Assembly (NCBI GenBank): GCA_903862845.1
Contig: CAIOZS010000059.1
Coordinates: 1 to 62,572, forward strand
DNA length: 62,572 nt
Direction: 5' to 3'
Source of the DNA: an uncultured Thermoleophilia bacterium
Lineage (GTDB): Bacteria; Actinomycetota; Thermoleophilia; UBA2241
The position numbers and the translations under genes were made by a program. The notes beneath the pieces were generated by a model. It saw only the letters and a program-made list of their open reading frames with translations. It ran no database searches and was not told the origin of the DNA. Positions 35,201 through 43,083 of the stretch are shown here, piece by piece. Position 1 is the stretch's first letter; every line of letters begins with the position of its first letter.

Positions 35201-36465
35201 TCCTCGAGCGGCACGGGGCGGCGGCGGCCGGAGGCGTCGGGCTCGCCGAGCTCCATGCGCATCATCTCGATGCCGTGGACCTTGCCGGCGTCGTCGGTGA
35301 GCACCCTGACCGGGGCCACCTGGAGCACGAAGCGCACGCCCTCTTCCTCGGCCTCGTCGACCTCGGTGTGATGGGCGGGCATCTCATTGCGGGAGCGGCG
35401 GTAGAGGCAGGTGACCTCTTCGGCGCCGAGTCGGATGGCGGTGCGGCAGGCGTCCATGGCCGTGAAGCCGCCGCCGATCACGGCGACCTTGTCGCCGACG
35501 TGCACCTTGCCATTCAGCTCGAGATCGCCGAGGAAGTCGATGGCCGTGACGACACCGCCCGCGTCCTCGCCGGCGCAGCCCATGGCGTTGGCGCTGAAGG
35601 CGCCGAGAGCGAGAAACACGGCGTCGTAGTCGGCGCGAAGGTCGTCCAGCCGAAAGTCGACGCCGAGGCGCACGCCCGTCTGCAGCTCGACGCCGAGGCG
35701 CCAGAGGATGGCAAGCTCCTCGTCGATGATGTCGCGCGGCAGACGGTAGCTGGGGATGCCGTAGCGGAGCATGCCGCCGGGATGGGGCATGGCCTCGAAG
35801 ATCTTGACGCCATGCCCCTCAAGACGCGCGTAGAAGGCGGCGGCAAGGCCGGCGGGGCCGGCGCCGACGATCGCGACGCGCTTGCCCGAATCGGGCTTGG
35901 GCTCGTGGGGCAACAGCAGCTCGCCCTCCTGCTCGCCGGGGCGGGCGTGATCGGCCATGAAGCGGTGGAGCTGACAGATGGTGATGGGCTCCTCGATGAG
36001 CTGCCGCCGGCACGGGCCCTCGCAGGGCCGCGGGCAGACCCGCCCGAGGATGCCGGGAAATGGCAGGTCCTCGCGCAAGACGCGCATGCCGGCCGCGTAG
36101 TCGCGCGCGGCGATGTGCGCGAGGAACTCGGGGATCTTGATGTGCGTAGGGCAGGCGTCGCGGCAGGGCGGCGTGCAGAACGAGGTGTGGTCGCTGAGCA
36201 GAAGCTCAAGGTTGAGCTGACGGATGGCGCGCAGCTCCTCGGTCTGGGTGGTCACGACAAGGCCGTCGGCGGCCAGCGTGTCGCAGGCCGTCACAGGGTC
36301 TTTGCGGCCCTCGACGTCGACGACGCAGAGGCGGCAGGCGGAGATGGGATCGAGGCGGTCGTCCTGACACAGCGTCGGGATCTCGATGCCGGCGCCCCTG
36401 GCGACCTGGAGGATGGTGGTGCCGGGTTCGGCGGCCACCTGCCGCCCGTCGATGGTGAGGTCCAC
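32281..36465 (-). CDS. fdhA: Formate dehydrogenase alpha subunit (Mo/W-bisPGD, Cys-type) fused to an N-terminal [2Fe-2S], a GltD-type FAD/NAD(P)H module and 2x[4Fe-4S]
   Basis: 1394 aa. The N-terminal ~700 aa are collinear with the 825-aa nuo-linked protein. Then follow 'CPFCGCGCSV' (the MopB 4Fe-4S) and 'VDHCARLCHASTVTGL', which has Cys-His at the Sec/Cys active-site position. The molybdopterin domains and the C-terminal 'EIHPDDAARLGVSDG...VFVPFHFWE' dinucleotide-binding barrel complete it. Confidence 0.9.
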   Translation of the reverse strand: MDLTIDGRQVAAEPGTTILQVARGAGIEIPTLCQDDRLDPISACRLCVVDVEGRKDPVTACDTLAADGLVVTTQTEELRAIRQLNLELLLSDHTSFCTPPCRDACPTHIKIPEFLAHIAARDYAAGMRVLREDLPFPGILGRVCPRPCEGPCRRQLIEEPITICQLHRFMADHARPGEQEGELLLPHEPKPDSGKRVAIVGAGPAGLAAAFYARLEGHGVKIFEAMPHPGGMLRYGIPSYRLPRDIIDEELAILWRLGVELQTGVRLGVDFRLDDLRADYDAVFLALGAFSANAMGCAGEDAGGVVTAIDFLGDLELNGKVHVGDKVAVIGGGFTAMDACRTAIRLGAEEVTCLYRRSRNEMPAHHTEVDEAEEEGVRFVLQVAPVRVLTDDAGKVHGIEMMRMELGEPDASGRRRPVPLEDSEFVVECDQVISAIGQYPKLDGAGEAEGLAHTRWRTLAVDDWTLQTADPKVFAGGDAVLGAQTVIQAVAQGKKAAWSIDAFLRGEDMPAVSRQLHDLRRTPFVEALEAKAGIEPGVRRMAEVPPVFIDINAGIAAVSPPAHMPKLWPEDRRTNFSQIELGFPEEEAVRGADLCLQCGCEANGKCDLQRHSIDHEVFANRFQGTAARGYEAREDTPFIAYDPNRCILCGRCVSVCREVQQCNVLDFGERGFDSLVTTSFGRSMVETDCEMCGNCVSACPTGALLDKLSRVTAKAGATAAVDTVCPFCGCGCSVRLQVSGGRVVQVTSLVGEGAGEGNLCVKGRYGYQFISHPDRLTQPLVRRDGELVAATWNEALDLVAERFAAIKAEHGPDALVGFSSARCTNEDNYLFQKFMRAVIGTQNVDHCARLCHASTVTGLRQSLGSGAMTNSFKDIEEADVILIIGSNTSEAHPIGALHIKQALRRGAKLIVIDPREIDMARRADVHLQLLSGTNVAVINGLMNVILEEGLADQEFIAARTEGYEDLPAVLAAYTPELVEEIAGVPAAKLRAAARTFGAAERGAIFYSMGITQHSHGTEHVLALSNLALLTGNLGRRGTGVNPLRGQNNVQGACDMGALPDVYTGYQAVADPAARQKFSEAWGVELAAEPGLGVTEAFDGMAAGTVRALYVVGENPVLSDPDQTHVVQSLEGLDFLVVQDIFLSETAALADVVLPAASFAEKDGTFTNTERKVQRVRAAVPSPGAARADWAIIAALARRLGGAGGWDYAHPADIMAEINALTPSYAGVTYERLDADGGLCWPCPDATHPGTPILHIGGFTRGRGKFFPVAYQPPAEVAGGEYPLTLTTGRLLEHYHTGTMTRRSDGLNELVPTGFAEIHPDDAARLGVSDGAAVSVETRRGVISIPANVTARVRPGTVFVPFHFWESPANRLTNTARDPLAKIPEFKVCACRVTA

Positions 36466-36615
36466 GCTCAGCTCCCTCTGGTCAACCTGTTAGCAGCTTT
36501 GCACGAAGATGGCTGTGGAGGTCATGCGCAACTGCTGCTGATTGTACTCGAATTCGCCGGCGCGTCGGCGGCGCTCCTTCTCAGGCGCGGCGAGATGCTC
36601 CACTGGACGCGACGC

Positions 36616-36644
36616 TTCGGTACCCTTATGATTCGGGTACCGAA
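36616..36644. promoter_or_regulatory. Perfect 10-bp inverted repeat abutting the marR start (candidate MarR operator)
   Basis: TTCGGTACCC (36616-36625), a 9-nt AT-rich spacer, then GGGTACCGAA (36635-36644). The marR ATG at 36645 follows immediately. Confidence 0.5.
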
Positions 36645-37121
36645 ATGAATGCTGCCCCACGACAGAAGAGCGCTGCCATCACCGCCGAGCTCGTGCAGCT
36701 CCTGCCGGAGCTGGCCGTGACCCTGTACGAGGCGGGTCCGCACGAAAAGGCGCGCGGCCACGGGCAGAGCGAGCCGCTGACCGGCCGCCAGATGAAAGCC
36801 GTCGTGTTTCTTGCCCGTCGCGGAGGGGCCACGATGGGCGAGCTCGCCGACGGCCTCGAGATCGGCCGCGCCGCCGCCAGCGAGCTGGTCACGCGCCTTA
36901 GCGAAAAGCACTTCGTGGTGCGCGAGGACGACCCCAGCGACCGGCGCGTCGTTCACGTGACGCTCGCCGGGCCGGCCGAGGGCTACGCCGACAGCCTGCT
37001 CGCCGCCTGGAGCGACCAGCTCGAGGCCGTCTTCGCCCTCTACCCCGGCATCGACCCCGAGACCCTGGTCGCGTTTCTACGCACCCTGATCGACCGCCTG
37101 AAAGGACAGTCCCTGACATGA
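36645..37121 (+). CDS. MarR-family transcriptional regulator
   Basis: 158 aa. 'LTGRQMKAVVFLARRGGATMGELADGLEIGRAAASELVTRLSEKHFVVREDDPSDRRVVHVTL' is the winged-HTH MarR core. ATGA overlap with the MFS gene. Confidence 0.88.
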   Translation: MNAAPRQKSAAITAELVQLLPELAVTLYEAGPHEKARGHGQSEPLTGRQMKAVVFLARRGGATMGELADGLEIGRAAASELVTRLSEKHFVVREDDPSDRRVVHVTLAGPAEGYADSLLAAWSDQLEAVFALYPGIDPETLVAFLRTLIDRLKGQSLT

Positions 37122-38794
37122 GCGCTTCTCCATCCCGAGCCGAGGCTCCCGCCGCACGTCACACCCGCAGCCCGTGGGTGATCCTCGCGGTGCTCTGTCT
37201 GGGCCTCTTCATGATCCTGCTCGACGGCACGATCGTGAACATTGCCATCCCGCACATCCAGGGATACTTCAACACCAGCTTCGGCAACATCGAGTGGGTG
37301 ATGAACGCCTACATCCTGGCGTTCGCCGTCCTGCTCGTCACCCTGGGGCGCTTCGGCGACCTCTGGGGGCGCCGCAAGCTCTTCGTCGGCGGCATGGTGC
37401 TCTTCACGCTTGGGTCGCTGGCCTGCGGCCTCGCCCCCAGCATCGAGCTCCTGATCGCCTTCCGCGTCATCCAGGGCATCGGCGGCGCGGCCATGATGCC
37501 GTCCACCCTGAGCATCATCGCGGCCGTCTTCCCCGCCGCCAAACGCGGCGCCGCCATGGGCGTCTGGGGCGGCGTCTCGGGTCTCGCCTCGGGACTGGGT
37601 CCGGTGATCGGCGGCATCATCATCCAGTACGTCACCTGGCCGTCGGTAGACGGCAGCTGGCGCTGGATCTTCCTCGTCAACATCCCCGTCGGGATCATCG
37701 GCGTGATCCTCGCCCTGCGCCTCGTGCCGGAAAGCAAGAACCCCACGGCCGTGCAGACCCTGGACCTCCCGGGCGTCGGCCTCATCTCCATCTCACTGTT
37801 CTGCCTCACCTTCGCGCTTATCGAGGGGCAGAAGTACGGCTGGACCTCGCCCACGATCCTCGGCCTCTTCGCAGGGAGCATCGTGGCGTTCGGGCTTTTC
37901 TACTGGCGCGAGCACCGCGTGAGCCAGCCGCTCATCGACTTCTCGCTCTTCCGCAGCCTGAACTTCGCCGCCGGCAACGCTACCGGTTTGTTGCTCAGCG
38001 CGGCCATGATGGGCGCCTTTTTCACTATCCCGATCTTCCTGCAGTCGGTGCTCGGGTTCAGCGCCATCAAGGCCGGCCTCGTCATGGCCCCCATGTCGGT
38101 CGTCATCATCTTCGCCGCGCCCTTAGCGGGCGTGCTCTCCGACCGCGTCGGCAGCAAGTGGATCGTCGCCGCCGGCATGTTCATCCTCGCTCTGGGCCTG
38201 GGCTGGATGGCCGGGCTCGTGCCCGGCGTGGCGAAGATCTCGCCAAGCACCACCTCGCTGAGCCTGCTCGCCCCGTTCCTGATCTCAGGCATCGGCATCG
38301 GCCTGGCGGTCGCGCCCGTCACGTCGGCAGTTATGGCGACGGCTCCCAAGGAGCGCGTGGGCAACGCCTCGGGCGTGCTCTCCACGATGCGCCAGGTCGG
38401 CAGCCTCATGGGCATCGCGATCCTGGGGGCCGTGCTGCAGAACCGGGTCACGGCCAACATCACCACAGGCATCGCGGCCGTCCAGGGCATCCCGGAGGCC
38501 ATCAAGCAGAAGATCATCGCCGGAGCCACCGCCGGGGGCCTTCAGATGGGGGTGCCGAAGGGTATCAGCGGCTTGCCGGCCATGGCCGCGAAGCTGATGG
38601 AGACGCTCTTCAAGACGTGGTTCACCAACGCCGTCGCCAGTACGTTCGTCGTCGCCGTGATCCTGGCCGCCATCGGCGGTCTTTGCGCCTTCCTGCTGCG
38701 TCGCGACGTCCAGGAGGCGAGCCTCGCCGCGGATGCCGAAGTGCCGGCCGGATCCGCTGTGGACGCGGCCGTAGCCCAGGCCGGCGACGCCTGA
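37118..38794 (+). CDS. MFS transporter, DHA2 (EmrB/QacA-type, 14-TM) drug/H+ antiporter family
   Basis: 558 aa. 'FMILLDGTIVNIAIPHI', 'GRFGDLWGRRKLF' (motif A-like) and about 14 hydrophobic segments. Confidence 0.88.
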   Translation: MSASPSRAEAPAARHTRSPWVILAVLCLGLFMILLDGTIVNIAIPHIQGYFNTSFGNIEWVMNAYILAFAVLLVTLGRFGDLWGRRKLFVGGMVLFTLGSLACGLAPSIELLIAFRVIQGIGGAAMMPSTLSIIAAVFPAAKRGAAMGVWGGVSGLASGLGPVIGGIIIQYVTWPSVDGSWRWIFLVNIPVGIIGVILALRLVPESKNPTAVQTLDLPGVGLISISLFCLTFALIEGQKYGWTSPTILGLFAGSIVAFGLFYWREHRVSQPLIDFSLFRSLNFAAGNATGLLLSAAMMGAFFTIPIFLQSVLGFSAIKAGLVMAPMSVVIIFAAPLAGVLSDRVGSKWIVAAGMFILALGLGWMAGLVPGVAKISPSTTSLSLLAPFLISGIGIGLAVAPVTSAVMATAPKERVGNASGVLSTMRQVGSLMGIAILGAVLQNRVTANITTGIAAVQGIPEAIKQKIIAGATAGGLQMGVPKGISGLPAMAAKLMETLFKTWFTNAVASTFVVAVILAAIGGLCAFLLRRDVQEASLAADAEVPAGSAVDAAVAQAGDA

Positions 38795-38891
38795 TCGGAC
38801 CCATCCGAAGCCGGCCAAGGAGATGCCGGCGACGACGGCGAATGACATGGCGGGCAACGTGGTAACGTACGGGTGCCCAAGGAGGTTTCGC

Positions 38892-39149
38892 ATGCCCGGG
38901 TCGACGCAGAGCGCACAGCCCAAGCTGATCGTGATACCGCGCGAGCTCGAAGGCTTCTTCTACGAGCGCCTCACGCAGCAGTTTGCCGGCCGCGACGACA
39001 TCAGAGTCGTCGTCGATCGCCGCGCCGGTGAGCGCCGGCGCCCGCGCTGGGTCAGCGGCCCCGGGCCCTTCAGCGAGCGGCGCCGCAGCGACCGTCGCGA
39101 CGGCGACGTCGCGTGGTCGCTGCCGGACATGCCGTTCTCCGCGTCCTGA
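38892..39149 (+). CDS. Small Arg-rich hypothetical protein (85 aa) with DRRxGERR / DRR motifs
   Basis: The ATG at 38892 is preceded by AAGGAGG (38878-38884). The product is 'MPGSTQSAQPKLIVIPRELEGFFYERL...VVVDRRAGERRRPRW...ERRRSDRRDGDV'. The track ORF starts earlier, at 38823. Confidence 0.6.
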   Translation: MPGSTQSAQPKLIVIPRELEGFFYERLTQQFAGRDDIRVVVDRRAGERRRPRWVSGPGPFSERRRSDRRDGDVAWSLPDMPFSAS

Positions 39150-39150
39150 G

Positions 39151-39735
39151 CTAGATCCAGCCGTTCTCGCGGCTCACGATGACCGCCTGCGCGCGGTCGA
39201 CCACGTTGAGCTTGTGGTAGACGTTGTGCAGGTGGTTGCGCACCGTGCTCTGCGACAGGTCGAGGGCTCTCGCGACCTGCTTGTACGTCTTGCCCCCGGC
39301 CAGCAGCCCGAGGACCTCGAGCTCGCGGTCGGTGAGGGGATTGGGGATGTCGCCCTTGGGCGGCGTCAGCTCGCCGAGATGCACCTTGACGCGGGCCAGC
39401 AGCTCCTTGATGTGGAACGGCTTGGTGATGTAGTCGGCGGCGCCCTTCTCGAAGCCCAGAAGCTTGTCGTTGATCTCCCGACGCGCGGTGAGGAAGATGA
39501 CCGGCGACCTCAGATCCACGGGCCGGGCGCGCAGACGCTCGTACACGGTGAACCCGTCCATGTCGGGCATCATGATGTCGAGGAGCACGAGATCGGGGAT
39601 GTAGAGGGAGGCCGCGCGAATGGCCTCGTCGCCGTTCGCGGCCGTCTGCACGTCGTAGCCCGAAACTTCCAGTGCCTCGGCGACGAGCCTGCGGATGTCG
39701 GGCTCGTCGTCTACGACCAGGATGCGTTTGGCCAT
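39151..39735 (-). CDS. Response regulator: receiver domain plus LuxR/FixJ-type HTH
   Basis: 194 aa from the ATG at 39735. 'ILVVDDEPDI', 'DLVLLDIMMPDMDG' and 'DYITKPF' form the receiver. 'LTDRELEVLGLLAGGKTYKQVARALDLSQSTVRNHLHNVYHKL' is the GerE/LuxR HTH. Confidence 0.88.
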   Translation of the reverse strand: MAKRILVVDDEPDIRRLVAEALEVSGYDVQTAANGDEAIRAASLYIPDLVLLDIMMPDMDGFTVYERLRARPVDLRSPVIFLTARREINDKLLGFEKGAADYITKPFHIKELLARVKVHLGELTPPKGDIPNPLTDRELEVLGLLAGGKTYKQVARALDLSQSTVRNHLHNVYHKLNVVDRAQAVIVSRENGWI

Positions 39736-39969
39736 CAGCTCACTCTCCAGTTCCGGCGCGGGCGCCACGCCCTCGCCGGTGCTCCCCTCCGTGCCCCGGC
39801 ACCCACGAGCGTGGGCGCCGTAGCGTGCGGCGTGTCCGCGGTTGTCAGATTCGCGCCGCGGACGCGGTTTCCCCCCACGCCGGACGTACGCGGGCATCGG
39901 CAGCATCCGCGGCCGACCTTGGCTGCGCTCGCGGCGCCCGGCCGGCGACGCACGCGCCGCCGCGCCGCG

Positions 39970-40164
39970 CTACCTCAGCAGCCGGTCGCCGTAAGTGATG
40001 AGCAGGACGACGATCGCCATCGCGACCCCGGCAGCCAGGGCGATGTCGAGGTACTGGCGACGGCGCCAGGCGTCGATGCTCAGCGCGACGAAGCCGTAGC
40101 CCGCCACGACCAGCCCGACGATCCCGGCGATGAGGATCACGATGTCCACGCGGTCATCGTACAC
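39970..40164 (-). CDS. Small two-TM membrane protein (64 aa), hypothetical
   Basis: GTG start, very high GC3 and two clear hydrophobic helices. It lies 33 nt downstream of the YdiJ-like gene. Confidence 0.45.
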   Translation of the reverse strand: MYDDRVDIVILIAGIVGLVVAGYGFVALSIDAWRRRQYLDIALAAGVAMAIVVLLITYGDRLLR

Positions 40165-40197
40165 GCGTCACGGCGGCGGCGGCGCACGGGCCGGCGG

Positions 40198-43065
40198 TCA
40201 GCGCTGCAAACGCTCCGCGAGAAGCTCCAGCGGATGCACTGCGGGACGGCCGGCGAGGTCCCCGATCTGCGACCGGCACGACGTGCCGGTCGCCAGCACG
40301 GCGGTCTGCGGCCCCTCGGCGCGCACCGCCGGAAGCAGCACGCGCTCAGCCATCGCGACGCTCAGCTCGTAGTGCTCGGCCTCGTAGCCGAACACGCCGG
40401 ACATGCCGCAGCAGCCCGCGTCAAGGACTCCGACGTCGAGGTCAGGCACCATGCCCAGGGCGCGCTCGGTGGCCTCCGCGAACGACAGCGCCTTCTCATG
40501 ACAGTGGCTGTGCAGCAGGGCGCGGCCGCCGGCACGGAAGTGCAGGCGGCCGGCCGCGGCCAGGTCGGCGACGAGCGCCAGCGCCGGGCGCGCGGCGGCG
40601 CCCACCTCGGCGACGCGCGGGTCGCCGGGCAGCAGGCGCCGCCAGTCGTCGCGCACCATCGAAAGACAGCTGGGCTCGATGAAGAGCAGCTCACAGCCGC
40701 TCGCGGCGCGCTCGTGGAGCGCGGCCAGCGCCCGGGAGGCGGCGGTGCGCGCCTTCTCGATCTGCCCGGTCGAGAGCGCCGTGCGTCCGCAGCAGCCGGC
40801 GTCCACGAGAGCCAGCTCAACGCCGGCGGCTCGCAGCAGGCTCGCCAGGGCTTCGCCGATCTGGGGCTCCTGATACTGCACGAAGCAGTCGACGAACAGC
40901 GCAGCGCCGGCGCGAGCCGGCGCGCCGGCCAGCCGCCTGGTGAGCGGCCGCCGCGCGAACGCCGGCAGCGGCCGCTGATGGGCGACGCCGGCGCGATCGG
41001 TGACCACGCGGGCGGCGCGCGTCTTCGCGAGCGCGTTCACGAGCGGCGCCAGCGGCGACGCCAGAGCCGCGAGGCGGCGGAGCTCGCCGACGCCGCGCGC
41101 CAGGGCCGGCACGCCGGCCCTGGCGCGAACCTCGGCGAGCCACTCCGTCTTGAGCGCAGCCATGTCCACGCCGGCCGGGCATTCGGTTTTGCAGGCCTTG
41201 CAGGCGACGCAGCTGCCGAGCACTTCACGGAGCTCGTCGGTGCCGATGGCCGCCAGTGGGACGGCGCCGCAGAGCACGCCCTGCAAGGCGTTCGCCCGGG
41301 CGCGCGTGGCGTAGGCCTCGCTACGAGAGGCCGCGGCCGGCGGGCACATGGTCCCGGTGAGCTTCTTGCAGAGGCCGGCGCCGAAGCACTTCTCTACGGC
41401 CAGGTCGAAGCCGCCCTCGTCGGCATAGGACAGCCGCGGCGTCCAGGCGCCGTCACCGCGGTAGTCGGCGCCGTAGCGCAGGGACTCCGCCACGGCGGGA
41501 CCGCCCACGATGGTGCCCGGTCCCAGCAGGCGGCGCGGGTCGAAGGCGTCCTTGACGGCGACCATGGCCGCATACAGGTCCGCGCCGAGCAGCCCGGGCA
41601 GCGCCCAGCTTCGCGAACGGCCCACGCCGTGCTCCCCGGAGATCGCGCCGTGATATGCGGCGACCAGGTCTCCGACGGCTGCGGCCAGTGACTCCATGCG
41701 CCGCACGCCGGCCGCCGACTTGAGGTCGAGCAGCGGACGCACGTGCATGCAGCCGGCCGAGGCATGCCCCGTGAACGAGGCGCGCGCGCCTGCGGCCGCG
41801 ACAAGGCGCTCGAGCTCGTCCACGAAGCCGGCCAGACGCTCCGGAGCCACCGCCGTGTCTTCCACGAAAGAGGCAGGCCGCTCGGCGCCGGGAGCGCCCA
41901 TGAGCAGCGGCAATGCCGCGCGCCGCAGGGCGCCGGCCTCGGCGAGCGCCGCCGGGTCGTCCAGCCACTCGAGCCTGCTCGCGCCGAGGTCTGCGGCCAG
42001 CGCGCGCAGCCGGCCGAGCCCGGCGCGCGCCTCGGCCTCGCTGCCCTGGTACTCAACGGTGAGCATCGCCCGCTCGGCGCCCGCCATCAGTGGCGCCATG
42101 CGCGTGAAAGCAGCGAGGTTCGGCGCCGCCCGCAACGGATCGAGGTCGAGCAGCTCGACCGCGGAGGGACCTGTCTCGAGGATGGCGACGTTGGCCTCCA
42201 GGGCGGCGCGCAGGGTGGCGAAGATCAGTGCCGCCCCGGTGCGCATGGCCGGCCGCGAGTCGAGCGCCACTTCGAGCTCGGTGAACAGAGCCAGCGTACC
42301 CTCGGACCCGGCCAGCAGCTTGCCCAGGTTCGGCTCCGGTTTCAACAGCTCCCGCAGGTTGTAGCCTGACGTGCAGCGCCGGGTGCGCGGGTAGTCCTCG
42401 GCGATCGGCCGGCGATAGCGCTCGCGAACCTCCGCGAGCGCCGCCGCCGGTCCAGCCGCCCCCGGCCCCGTCAGTCCGCTCACGAGATCGTCGCCGCGGC
42501 ACTGCCCGAAGACCAGCGGCCCGCCGCCCACGAGGACGGCATGGACGCGCACCACCTTGTCCTTGCTCTCCCCGTAGACGATCGAGCGCGACCCGGAGGA
42601 GTTGTTGCCGACCATGCCGCCGATGGTGGCTTGATCAACCGTGGAAGTGTCCGGCCCGAACTCGAGGCCGAAGGCCGCCGCGGCGCGGTTCAGAGATGCT
42701 TGGATCACTCCCGGTTGGACGCGGGCGGTGCGCGCATCGGGGTCAATGGCCAGGATGCGGTCGAGCTTGAAGCAATCGACGGCGATGCCCGGCCCGACCG
42801 CCTGACCGGCAACGCTGGTGGCAGCGCCACGGGCCACCAGCGGCACGCCGTGCTCGCCGGCGACCGCCGCCGCAGCGTGCAGGTCGGCGACCGACGCCGC
42901 GACGAGCACGACGTCCGGCACGATGCGATAGATCGAGGCGTCGGTCGAGTAGAGCCACCGCGTCAGCGGGGACGTGGAGACCGTGCCGGCGACCTCGCGC
43001 CGCAGGGCTTCGGCGGCGGCGCGACCCTCACGGCTGAGCTCGGGGATGCGGTGGCGGGTGCTCAT
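40198..43065 (-). CDS. FAD-binding and (Fe-S)-binding oxidoreductase (YdiJ/GlcD-GlcF fusion type; 2-hydroxyacid dehydrogenase-like)
   Basis: 955 aa. The N-terminal FAD_binding_4 domain shows 'VVLVAASVADLHAAAAVAGEHGVPLVARGAATSVAGQ'. 'CVACKACKTECPAGVD' is a 4Fe-4S motif. Two C-terminal CCG-type Cys-rich repeats are present ('DAGCCGRT', 'DAGCCGMSG'). Confidence 0.85.
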   Translation of the reverse strand: MSTRHRIPELSREGRAAAEALRREVAGTVSTSPLTRWLYSTDASIYRIVPDVVLVAASVADLHAAAAVAGEHGVPLVARGAATSVAGQAVGPGIAVDCFKLDRILAIDPDARTARVQPGVIQASLNRAAAAFGLEFGPDTSTVDQATIGGMVGNNSSGSRSIVYGESKDKVVRVHAVLVGGGPLVFGQCRGDDLVSGLTGPGAAGPAAALAEVRERYRRPIAEDYPRTRRCTSGYNLRELLKPEPNLGKLLAGSEGTLALFTELEVALDSRPAMRTGAALIFATLRAALEANVAILETGPSAVELLDLDPLRAAPNLAAFTRMAPLMAGAERAMLTVEYQGSEAEARAGLGRLRALAADLGASRLEWLDDPAALAEAGALRRAALPLLMGAPGAERPASFVEDTAVAPERLAGFVDELERLVAAAGARASFTGHASAGCMHVRPLLDLKSAAGVRRMESLAAAVGDLVAAYHGAISGEHGVGRSRSWALPGLLGADLYAAMVAVKDAFDPRRLLGPGTIVGGPAVAESLRYGADYRGDGAWTPRLSYADEGGFDLAVEKCFGAGLCKKLTGTMCPPAAASRSEAYATRARANALQGVLCGAVPLAAIGTDELREVLGSCVACKACKTECPAGVDMAALKTEWLAEVRARAGVPALARGVGELRRLAALASPLAPLVNALAKTRAARVVTDRAGVAHQRPLPAFARRPLTRRLAGAPARAGAALFVDCFVQYQEPQIGEALASLLRAAGVELALVDAGCCGRTALSTGQIEKARTAASRALAALHERAASGCELLFIEPSCLSMVRDDWRRLLPGDPRVAEVGAAARPALALVADLAAAGRLHFRAGGRALLHSHCHEKALSFAEATERALGMVPDLDVGVLDAGCCGMSGVFGYEAEHYELSVAMAERVLLPAVRAEGPQTAVLATGTSCRSQIGDLAGRPAVHPLELLAERLQR

Positions 43066-43083
43066 GGCGCCAAGGATACCGCC

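Noticed and set aside
32281-36465. Selenocysteine recoding in the formate dehydrogenase
   Set aside because: The ORF is uninterrupted and the active-site position reads Cys-His (LCHAS). There is no in-frame TGA and no reason to invoke a SECIS element.
32158-36648. Plus-strand ORFs 32158..34431 (757 aa) and 34621..36648 (675 aa)
   Set aside because: They are antisense to the 1394-aa formate dehydrogenase fusion, with Arg/Asp/Gly/His-rich junk composition.
38983-41691. 902-aa plus-strand ORF
   Set aside because: It runs antisense through the response regulator, the small membrane ORF and the YdiJ-like dehydrogenase, and has no domain signatures.
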